Shown: piece after piece, positions 8,245 to 16,110 of the stretch | How positions within the stretch are numbered: the stretch's first letter is position 1 | How the letters are laid out: every line of letters starts with the position of its first letter | Origin: Calditrichaceae bacterium | GTDB taxonomy: Bacteria; Calditrichota; Calditrichia; Calditrichales; JBFXGD01 | Reading direction: 5' to 3' | Assembly (NCBI GenBank): GCA_050173015.1 | Contig: JBFXLE010000029.1 | Location: 1-43,650, forward strand | Length of the DNA stretch: 43,650 nucleotides | Translations under genes and position numbers: made by a program | Notes under the pieces: generated by a model | The model's database searches: none | What the model was told of the DNA's origin: nothing | Seen by the model: the letters and a program-made list of their open reading frames with translations, nothing else

Positions 8245-11200
8245 ATGAATAAAATGGTGCAGTTTGTCTTAAAAAACCGCCTGCTGATGATTGTTCTCGG
8301 TTTTCTGGTGATGGCCGGCGGTTATTATAGTTATCAAAAATTACCCATAGACGCTTTTCCGGATGTTTCGCCTTCCCTTGTTCAGGTCTTTACCCTAACT
8401 GAGGGGCTGGCTCCGGAGGAAATTGAAAAATACGTGACATTTCCCGTGGAAGTGGCCATGAATGGTTTGCCGGAGCTTGAAAAAATACGCTCGGTGTCCA
8501 ATTTCGGCTTGTCCGTCGTAAATATTTACTTCAAAGACGGCACCGATATCTATTTTGCCCGGCAGCTGGTGAATGAAAGGCTCCAGGAAGCCCGTGAACA
8601 GATACCGCCGGGATTCGGTGAGCCGGAGATGGGACCCATCTCGACGGGCATGGGTTTGATTATGTTTTATTATCTCGAAGATACAACCGGTCAGCTTTCA
8701 CTTACCGAACTCCGATCCATTCAGGATTGGCTGATCAAGTACCAGCTACAGACGGTTCCCGGTGTGACGGAGGTTCTGGGCATCGGGGGATGGGAGAAAC
8801 AGTATCATGTGATATTGAATCCCAATGATATGTTACGCTATAATTTGGTGGCCAATGAAATCATCGATAAAATAAAGGCCAACAATCTGAATGTGGGCGC
8901 CCAGTTTATCGAGAAAAACGCGGAAGAATATATCATCCGTTCCGTCGGGCTGGCGGGTAATATCGAAGATCTTGAAAATATTGTTTTAATATCCGAGGGA
9001 GGCATTCCGGTTTATCTGAAGCAGGTCGCGCATATCGAAACCGGTGGCGCGATCCGCCGGGGAGTACAGACCCGCAACGGAGTTGAAGAAGTGGTATCCG
9101 GTCAGGTTGTAAAACTGTACGGAACGAACTCATCGACCGTCATTGGCCAGGTGGAAGAAAAACTGGCAGAGATCAACAAAATACTCCCGGAGGGCGTGCG
9201 TCTTGTGCCCTATTATGAACAGAAAACCCTTGTGGAAGCGGCCATCAGCACGGTGTCATCCGCCTTGCTGCAGGGTATTTTGCTCGTAACTCTTGTACTG
9301 CTGCTTTTTATGGGATCGCTCCGGCCGACCATTGTGGTGGCTGTTTCCATCCCGTTTTCCATATTCTTCGCCATGATCGGTATGTACTATTTTGGTATAT
9401 CGGTCAATCTCATGTCTTTTGGCGGACTGGCGATCGCTATTGGTATGTTGGTGGACGGCACCATAGTCATGGTGGAGAATGTGGACCGGATGCTCCGGAC
9501 GGCCCCACCGGAAGAATCAAAACTACATGTGGTGGCCAGGGCGTTCAGGGAAGTGGCCCGGCCTATACTGTTTGCCATCACCATTATCATTGTGGTTTTC
9601 TTACCCTTGTTCTCACTTCAGGGTGTGGAGGGAAAAACATTCCGTCCGCTCGCTTATACCATCGCGATGGCCATGCTGGGTTCGCTCATCTTTGCCATCT
9701 TCCTGGCTCCCGTATTCGCGGGCACATTGATGCGCAAACCAAAGGACGGTGAGGCGGGCAAGCCCCAAAAAGAAATTTATGTGATTCGTCTGCTGCAGGA
9801 CTTTTACCGTCCGCTGATAACGTTTTTTGTACGGAAACGACATATGGCGTTAGTGCTGGCCGTAGCGCTTATGGCTCTGGGAGCCGCTATTTTTCCGCGT
9901 CTGGGTACGGAATTTACGCCGACCCTTAAGGAAGGAACGATCGTGCTCAGATTGACCATGGCGCCATCTATTTCGCTTAATCAGAGCATAAAAACCACAC
10001 AAATTGTAGAACGCCGGGTCATGAAAGTACCGGAAGTTACCGAAGTGGTCACACGAATCGGCCGTGGCGAGGTCGGGGCTCATACCGATCCCATCAACAG
10101 CGCCGAAATGTATATCCTTTTAAAGGACAAATCGGAATGGCGTACAGCGGAAAATCAGTCCGATCTGGAAGAAGTCATACGTGACGCTGTGGGAAATATC
10201 CCAGGTGTAAGGGCAAATTTCACGCAGCCGATTCAGATGACGGTTGATGAACTTCTTGAAGGGGTGCGGGCCGAACTGGCGGTCAAATTATTCGGAGATG
10301 ATCTCGATGAACTGAAACACAAGGCGAACGAAATAGCGTCAGTTATCCGGAAGGTTCCGGGCGCGGCGGATGTCCAGCCCGATCAGATCAGCGGTATGCC
10401 GCAGTTGCTGATTAAAATTGACCGCCACGCGATCGCCCGTTACGGCATCAATGTAGAGGATGTCCAGCAGGTTATTCACGCGGCGGTCGGCGGGGAGTCC
10501 GCGGGACAGATATTTGAAGGTGTAAAAAGATTTGATATTCTGGTGCGATTTGCTCAGGACTACCGTGACACGCCGGAAGCGATCGGGCAGATTTTAATAA
10601 AAGCGCCGGGTGGAAACCATGTTCCACTGAGTCAGCTCGCGACCATCGAAGAAATAACCGGACCGCGGCAGATTACCCGTGAAAACAGTCAGCGATTCAT
10701 CACTATTCAGTGCAATGTGGTTGGTCGTGATATCGGTTCCTTTGTAAAGGAAGGGCAGAAAGCGATTGAAGCCGGTGTCAGTCTTCCCGCGGGATATCTG
10801 GTAACGTGGGGCGGACAGTTCCGTTTACAGCAGGAAGCGAATAAAAGGCTGGCGGTAGTGATTCCCGCCACGTTGCTGGTGATCTTTCTTCTGCTGTTTT
10901 CCAGCTTTAATTCAATTAAAAACACGCTGTTAATACTATTCAATATACCACTCGCGCTGGTTGGAGGGGTTGTGGCGCTCTGGGTTGGAGGAGAGAATTT
11001 GTCGGTACCGGCATCGGTCGGATTTATCGCTTTGTTCGGTATCGCTCTTGAGAACGGGATGGTTTTGGTGACCTATCTGAATCAGCTGGTGAAAGACGGA
11101 ATCCCGTTGGACGAGGCCTCGGTAACGGGAGCGATTCTCCGATTCAGGCCTGTTTTGATGACGGCCCTGACCACGGCGCTCGGGCTTATTCCGCTGCTCC

Positions 11201-11352
11201 TTGCCACCGGTGTCGGTAGCGAAGTTCAGCGTCCCCTGGCGACCGTCGTTCTTGGCGGATTGTTCACATCGACATTATTGACATTGTTGGTTATCCCGGC
11301 GATCTACAAATGGTTTGCCGTTGAGGTAAAAGTTGAAGCTCAGTTAGATTAA
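8245..11352 (+). CDS. czcA: Heavy-metal efflux RND transporter (CzcA/CusA family)
   Basis: 1035 aa; LPIDAFPDV, IGMLVDGTIVMVEN, GVEGKTFRPLA, RFRPVLMTA, GSEVQRPLATVVLGGL. Confidence 0.93.
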   Translation: MNKMVQFVLKNRLLMIVLGFLVMAGGYYSYQKLPIDAFPDVSPSLVQVFTLTEGLAPEEIEKYVTFPVEVAMNGLPELEKIRSVSNFGLSVVNIYFKDGTDIYFARQLVNERLQEAREQIPPGFGEPEMGPISTGMGLIMFYYLEDTTGQLSLTELRSIQDWLIKYQLQTVPGVTEVLGIGGWEKQYHVILNPNDMLRYNLVANEIIDKIKANNLNVGAQFIEKNAEEYIIRSVGLAGNIEDLENIVLISEGGIPVYLKQVAHIETGGAIRRGVQTRNGVEEVVSGQVVKLYGTNSSTVIGQVEEKLAEINKILPEGVRLVPYYEQKTLVEAAISTVSSALLQGILLVTLVLLLFMGSLRPTIVVAVSIPFSIFFAMIGMYYFGISVNLMSFGGLAIAIGMLVDGTIVMVENVDRMLRTAPPEESKLHVVARAFREVARPILFAITIIIVVFLPLFSLQGVEGKTFRPLAYTIAMAMLGSLIFAIFLAPVFAGTLMRKPKDGEAGKPQKEIYVIRLLQDFYRPLITFFVRKRHMALVLAVALMALGAAIFPRLGTEFTPTLKEGTIVLRLTMAPSISLNQSIKTTQIVERRVMKVPEVTEVVTRIGRGEVGAHTDPINSAEMYILLKDKSEWRTAENQSDLEEVIRDAVGNIPGVRANFTQPIQMTVDELLEGVRAELAVKLFGDDLDELKHKANEIASVIRKVPGAADVQPDQISGMPQLLIKIDRHAIARYGINVEDVQQVIHAAVGGESAGQIFEGVKRFDILVRFAQDYRDTPEAIGQILIKAPGGNHVPLSQLATIEEITGPRQITRENSQRFITIQCNVVGRDIGSFVKEGQKAIEAGVSLPAGYLVTWGGQFRLQQEANKRLAVVIPATLLVIFLLLFSSFNSIKNTLLILFNIPLALVGGVVALWVGGENLSVPASVGFIALFGIALENGMVLVTYLNQLVKDGIPLDEASVTGAILRFRPVLMTALTTALGLIPLLLATGVGSEVQRPLATVVLGGLFTSTLLTLLVIPAIYKWFAVEVKVEAQLD

Positions 11353-11363
11353 ATCAACTATCC

Positions 11364-11390
11364 GCGGATTCCGGAAATTCCGGGATTCGC
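11364..11390. terminator. Hairpin between convergent czcA and the downstream membrane-protein gene
   Basis: GCGGATTCCGGA-aat-TCCGGGATTCGC imperfect stem; no clear U-tract. Confidence 0.4.
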
Positions 11391-11431
11391 ATTCTATAAA
11401 TTTCCTTTAGTTGGATGGGATGATCAACCGG

Positions 11432-11866
11432 TCATTCGGCGCTAAACCTGTGTTGCCAGAAAACATGGCTGCTTAAGAGCAGAGCGGTGGCAATGGCGAA
11501 ATCTATCACCGCCACTGCCAGCAAAAAAATGAAATTGCCGTGAGCCGCTCTCGATAGAGATGCCCCGGCGAGTATCATCAGAAAAAGCGCCGCGAAAAAT
11601 CCTGCTCTGAAAAATTGCCAAATTCGCGGTCGCGCAAGGGATTCAATCCGGTTCAGATTTTTATGGCAGCTTTTATTAAACAGAAATTTCGCTTTAATGA
11701 TACCGATAAGCAATCCGGCAGATAGAACAATCCATGTCCACCATGTGCCGGGATGAATGGAATTTGCTTCAGCCAGCAGCCGGCCGCCTTTTAAAAGCAT
11801 CATCATTCCGCCAATAAACCAGATCAGTCCGGCAAGAATTTTTAAAGTCTGTTTTGAGACAATCAC
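11432..11866 (-). CDS. Hypothetical membrane protein (about 4 TM)
   Basis: 144 aa, four hydrophobic segments, GTG start with purine-rich AAGGAAG upstream. Confidence 0.75.
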   Translation of the reverse strand: MIVSKQTLKILAGLIWFIGGMMMLLKGGRLLAEANSIHPGTWWTWIVLSAGLLIGIIKAKFLFNKSCHKNLNRIESLARPRIWQFFRAGFFAALFLMILAGASLSRAAHGNFIFLLAVAVIDFAIATALLLSSHVFWQHRFSAE

Positions 11867-12002
11867 AACTACGGTGCTTCCTTTTGTTAATCAAATAATT
11901 TGAACCGTATATAATTTATGTAGGCAGGAGTTTAGAAAAACTTACCTGTTGATTCAAGTGCGGGTTGCAGAAAGTTGGGAGTTTTTGTAAAAATAGGGAA
12001 GA

Positions 12003-12910
12003 GGTAAGTAGGAATTAGGAAATAAGAAGTAGGAAGTGGGAAGTAGGAAGTAAGAAGTTTAAGAAAAAAGATAAAAGATAAAAGAAAAAAGATGGTCTGA
12101 ACTCGGATTAAAATGATTAAATGATGTGCATGATTAAGAAAATGGATATCAGAGTAATCATTTAATCAGGCGGATCATGGTTCAGACAATGTGGAAAGTA
12201 AGAATTAAAGAGCGTTAAGAGTTAAGAGTAGGGTCGTCCGAGTGACATACAGGACTTATTTGAGTTGTCCGATGACACTCACAAATCGGTCATCCAGGAG
12301 GGATCTTCTGCTTGCTAGGGAAGTGAAGAAAAGTAAGAAGTAGGAAGTAGGAAGTAGGAAGTAAGACGTTTAAGAAAAAAGATAAAAGATAAAAGATAAA
12401 AGAAAAAAGATGGTCTGAACTCGGATTAAAATGATTAAATGATGTGCATGATTAAGAAAATGGATATCAGAGTAATCATTTAATCAGGCGAACCCGCCAT
12501 AGGCGGGCAGGTCAGAGTTCAGACAATGTGGAAAGTAAGAATTAAAGAGCGTTAAGAGAAAAGAGTTATGAGTTAAGAGTAGGAAGGGCCAAAAAAAATT
12601 GATTCCCTAATCCCGAAGGGATGAAATTTTTGTAGAAAAACAGACCCCGCAACATCCCGCGGCCCCGTAGGGGTCGAACAAATACAGCGGGAATCCCTGT
12701 TCTGCCAGCCTGGATAATCTTGTTTTTAATCCCAAATCAATCGTTTGGATTCTTCTGGGCGAATTTTCTGTCCGAGTGATAAATTTAGAAAAGCAGATTA
12801 AAGTAACACGAGTTAAAATTCGCCAGGGCTTTTTGCTACTTTTTGGCCATTCAAAAAGTAGGAAGGAAGAAAAAGAGAGAAGTAGGAATTAAGAAGTAAG
12901 AAGTAAGAAT
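12003..12910. repeat. Mosaic of palindromic repeat modules separated by purine-rich heptamer tracts (AGTAGGA/AGTAAGA/GATAAAA)
   Basis: Contains an inverted copy of the 222-1281 unit (12198-12366), two GTCTGAAC...GTTCAGAC modules (12095-12187, 12413-12524), a twin-hairpin module (12610-12675) and inverted repeats at 12758-12824 and 12837-12860; no ORF in the track. Confidence 0.92.
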
Positions 12911-13057
12911 TGTTAAGATTTGATGTCTCAGAAGCTGTTTGGATGGCAGAGATTTGTAAAGCAAATCATTCTTTTTATTTCATTGATCACCATTAGTATA
13001 TTACATAAATTTGATGCATTCTTTTTTTAGTAAATTATCAATCAACCTGGGGGTAGT

Positions 13058-13720
13058 ATGTTAAGTCGTTTATTTATGGTCATATTTCTGGCCGTCGCGA
13101 TGTTCGCCTTTTCGGGATGCGGGAAAACACAAGAAGAGAAAATGGCGGAACAGGCGGCCAAACAGATGGAAGAGGCTGCCAAAAAAATGGCCGAAAATGC
13201 TGATGATATGTCAAAAGCAATGGAGAAAATGGGTGAGGCGTTCTCGGGAGGCGAAAGCGTGGAGCCGGTGTCCTTTAAGGATCTAAAAGCGTTGTTGCCC
13301 GAGAGTCTGCCCGGAATGGAACGGACCAGCGCAACGGGCGAGAAAACCTCAGCGATGGGTATCAAAGTGTCAGAAGCCAATGGTGAATACCAGAGTGATG
13401 ACGGAAGTCTGATTGAAATTAAGATCATGGACATGGGTTCCATGAGCGGTTTCGCGGCCATGGCCACATATGCCTGGACCATGACGGAATTTGAACGTGA
13501 ATCAGATACCGGTTATGAACGGACTACAAAAATTTCCGGTTACAAGGCGTTTGAGGAATATAATTCTGATGACAAGTATGGTAAAATTCAAATTCTAGTC
13601 GGAGACCGTTTTATCGTTGAAATCGAAGGCAATGGTGTCGAAATGGAAGCGCTTAAGGAAGCGGCCAAAAAAATTAATCTTGGTAAGTTGTTTGATATGC
13701 GCACAGAGGGCATATCTTAA
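13058..13720 (+). CDS. Hypothetical lipoprotein
   Basis: Lipobox FSGC, helical EEAAKKM linker, then a globular domain; GGGG RBS and downstream terminator. Confidence 0.8.
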   Translation: MLSRLFMVIFLAVAMFAFSGCGKTQEEKMAEQAAKQMEEAAKKMAENADDMSKAMEKMGEAFSGGESVEPVSFKDLKALLPESLPGMERTSATGEKTSAMGIKVSEANGEYQSDDGSLIEIKIMDMGSMSGFAAMATYAWTMTEFERESDTGYERTTKISGYKAFEEYNSDDKYGKIQILVGDRFIVEIEGNGVEMEALKEAAKKINLGKLFDMRTEGIS

Positions 13721-13743
13721 CATTTAATTTTGTGATTCAGTTC

Positions 13744-13771
13744 AAAAAGCCTCCGCCGGGAGGCTTTTTTT
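13744..13771 (+). terminator. Rho-independent terminator
   Basis: AAAAAGCCTCC-gccg-GGAGGCTTTTTTT. Confidence 0.9.
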
Positions 13772-13842
13772 ATGGAATTATCCCTGAAATGTTTTATTTT
13801 TGATACGTCACACACATAAAAACAGGAGTTTGGACGTTTCTG

Positions 13843-14478
13843 ATGAAGTTCAGGATGATAGAAGAAAGCTATCGGTTTGACTGTACCACGTGCGGTAATT
13901 GCTGCACGGGAGATATGAAAATCAATCTCAATCTTTTCGATCTTTACAAAATGGCCCGGTTCAAAAAATTTAGTGATACGGGGGAATTATTCAGGCAGAA
14001 TCTGGTCACGCTTGTGAAAGGCCAGTATAATGTCTGGATGCCGAGAATCCGTTTTAAGACCAAACCGGAGGTATTTTGTCCGTTCCTGATTAATGAACTT
14101 GATGAACATGGGGGGATCAAAGGATTGTGCAGTATGCATCCTCATCACAAGCCGTTGATCTGTTCGCTCGCGCCGGCGGGAAGAATCATAGATTTTGATC
14201 ATGGGCATATTAATTATGTCTATGTCAAACCCGCGCCTGACTGCGAAGGAGTAAACAGCGGCAAACTAAATTATCTTAGTGATATAGAAAAAGAATATAA
14301 AGTTGAACTGGAATATCAATACCGCTTTTACAAAATACTTGAAAATATCAAGTCACACGCCATCTCCCGTGAAACGATGATGAATGAGTTGTACGCGTTT
14401 AGAGTTGATTCTGATTTTGAAGACATATTGGCGGAGAGAGAAGAGCGTCTTTTGGTTGAAGATCTGAATCTTATATAA
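13843..14478 (+). CDS. YkgJ-family cysteine-cluster (CxxCxxCC) protein
   Basis: FDCTTCGNCC, CPFL, CSMHPHHKPLICSLAP, CEG; AGGAG upstream. Confidence 0.88.
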   Translation: MKFRMIEESYRFDCTTCGNCCTGDMKINLNLFDLYKMARFKKFSDTGELFRQNLVTLVKGQYNVWMPRIRFKTKPEVFCPFLINELDEHGGIKGLCSMHPHHKPLICSLAPAGRIIDFDHGHINYVYVKPAPDCEGVNSGKLNYLSDIEKEYKVELEYQYRFYKILENIKSHAISRETMMNELYAFRVDSDFEDILAEREERLLVEDLNLI

Positions 14479-14559
14479 CAAGCATCCTTCACGGCTTTCT
14501 TAAGGGAATTTGCCATTTTTCACCGAGAAATTCGGGTTCGAAACGACATGCCCCGTTTT

Positions 14560-14670
14560 CACTTCTTACTTCCAACTTCGAAATACAGACGCATGATCAT
14601 GCGTCTGTACTTACATCTCACTTCTTAATTCTTACTTCTTACTTCCCACTTCCTACTTCTCACTTCTCCT
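14560..14670. repeat. Heptamer tract carrying a perfect 26-bp REP-like palindrome
   Basis: TACAGACGCATGATCATGCGTCTGTA at 14584-14609, flanked by ACTTCTT/ACTTCCT/ACTTCTC heptamers. Confidence 0.88.
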
Positions 14671-14679
14671 CCCATCCAT

Positions 14680-14714
14680 TATCAAAAAACTGATACCCCA
14701 TCAGAAATCTGATA
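14680..14714. promoter_or_regulatory. Candidate tandem upstream activator sites (ATCA-N6-TGAT x2)
   Basis: tATCAaaaaacTGATa (14680-14695) and cATCAgaaatcTGATa (14699-14714), 19 bp apart, about 90-125 bp upstream of the -24/-12 element. Confidence 0.55.
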
Positions 14715-14804
14715 ATAAATAATCAGTATAAGGGATATGTTTTAATTGATCTAAGTTTAATATTATCAGGGTAATAATCCTTTATTATATCAAAGCGCAT
14801 TAAA

Positions 14805-14820
14805 TGGCATGATAATTGTC
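14805..14820 (+). promoter_or_regulatory. Candidate sigma54 (-24/-12) promoter of the serpin operon
   Basis: TGGCAT-GATAA-TTGT versus consensus TGGCAC-N5-TTGC, correct spacing, 40 bp before the serpin ATG; an NtrC-family activator is encoded downstream in the same gene run. Confidence 0.65.
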
Positions 14821-14859
14821 CTATTTAATGGCATACACATTTTAACCGGAGGTTTCATC

Positions 14860-16095
14860 ATGAAAATAAACAGCACTTTGCTATTTATTACCGTCTGTTT
14901 ATTCCTCGTTTCTGCCTGCGCGGATTCCAATTTACCGGCGGATCCTCAGCCGATTCGTGAACTAAACGATCAGGAGAAGCAACTGGCCGAAGCGGATAAT
15001 GTATTCAGCTTGAAATTATTCCGGGGTGTAAATGCCGTGGACGGAGAGAAAGATGTTTTTATATCCCCCTTAAGTGTATCTTTCGCGCTGGGTATGACCT
15101 TAAACGGAGCGGCAGATGAAACATATCAGGCCATACGCCGGACACTGGAGTTTAATAATCTTGATCCTGAGAAGATCAACGCCACTTATAAAAGCCTGAT
15201 TGCGTATCTGACTGAAATCGATCCGAAGGTTGCTGTACAAATAGCCAACTCGATCTGGTATCGCCTGGGATTTGACGTAAAGGATGATTTTCTTCAGACC
15301 AATCAATTCTACTTCAACGCGGAAATTGCCGCGCTCGACTTTGGGGATCCTCAGGCGGTAGTTACTATCAACGACTGGGTTGATAAAAATACCAACGGAA
15401 AAATTACAAAGATAGTCGATTCCATAAATGATGAAATCGTGATGTTTCTGATCAATGCCGTCTATTTTAAAGGTGACTGGATGTATGAATTTGATCCTGA
15501 TGATACATACGACGGAACGTTTTATCTGCAGGATGGCTCGGCGGAACAATGCGGTATGATGCCACAGGAAAACACATTTGATTACTTCCGCAACGACTTT
15601 TTTCAGGCCATTGATCTACCCTATGGCAACGGCGCTTACGCCATGACTGTATTTCTTCCCGCGATGGGAACCGATATCAATCAACTTATCGAACAAATGG
15701 ACGGGACCGCGTGGGAAAGATGGACAAACGGATTCTCTCAAAAAGAGGGAAGGATTGTTTTGCCAAAATTCACAAAGGAATATGAGATTAGTCTGAATGA
15801 AATTTTAAAATCACTGGGTATGGAAATCGCTTTCAACGCGGGAGAAGCGGATTTCTCAAATATCAATGAGACGGCAGAGCTGTTTATCAGCGAAGTAAAG
15901 CATAAAACCTTTGTTGAAGTTGATGAAAAAGGCACGGAAGCCGCCGCGGTAACCTCTGTAGAGATGGGAGTAACGTCGGTTAATCCGGATTATTTTGTCA
16001 TGGAAGTGAACCGGCCGTTCTTTTTTGTAATCAGGGAAAGTCACTCCGGCACCATCCTGTTTATAGGCAAAATTCTTAATCCAAATAATAAATAA
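14860..16095 (+). CDS. Serpin-family protease inhibitor, lipoprotein
   Basis: FISPLSV, INDWVDKNTNGKI, LINAVYFKGDW, hinge EKGTEAAAVT, VNRPFFFVIRE, ILFIGKI; lipobox VSAC; GGAGG RBS before ATG 14860. Confidence 0.96.
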   Translation: MKINSTLLFITVCLFLVSACADSNLPADPQPIRELNDQEKQLAEADNVFSLKLFRGVNAVDGEKDVFISPLSVSFALGMTLNGAADETYQAIRRTLEFNNLDPEKINATYKSLIAYLTEIDPKVAVQIANSIWYRLGFDVKDDFLQTNQFYFNAEIAALDFGDPQAVVTINDWVDKNTNGKITKIVDSINDEIVMFLINAVYFKGDWMYEFDPDDTYDGTFYLQDGSAEQCGMMPQENTFDYFRNDFFQAIDLPYGNGAYAMTVFLPAMGTDINQLIEQMDGTAWERWTNGFSQKEGRIVLPKFTKEYEISLNEILKSLGMEIAFNAGEADFSNINETAELFISEVKHKTFVEVDEKGTEAAAVTSVEMGVTSVNPDYFVMEVNRPFFFVIRESHSGTILFIGKILNPNNK

Positions 16096-16110
16096 TCACT
16101 TGGAGCGGAT

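Noticed and set aside
222-14670. Diversity-generating retroelement or retron linked to the repeats
   Set aside because: No reverse transcriptase in the window, and the repeat differences are not adenine-specific.
14829-14844. Second TGGCAT as an alternative sigma54 site
   Set aside because: The -12 position reads TTTA with no G, and it lies too close to the RBS.
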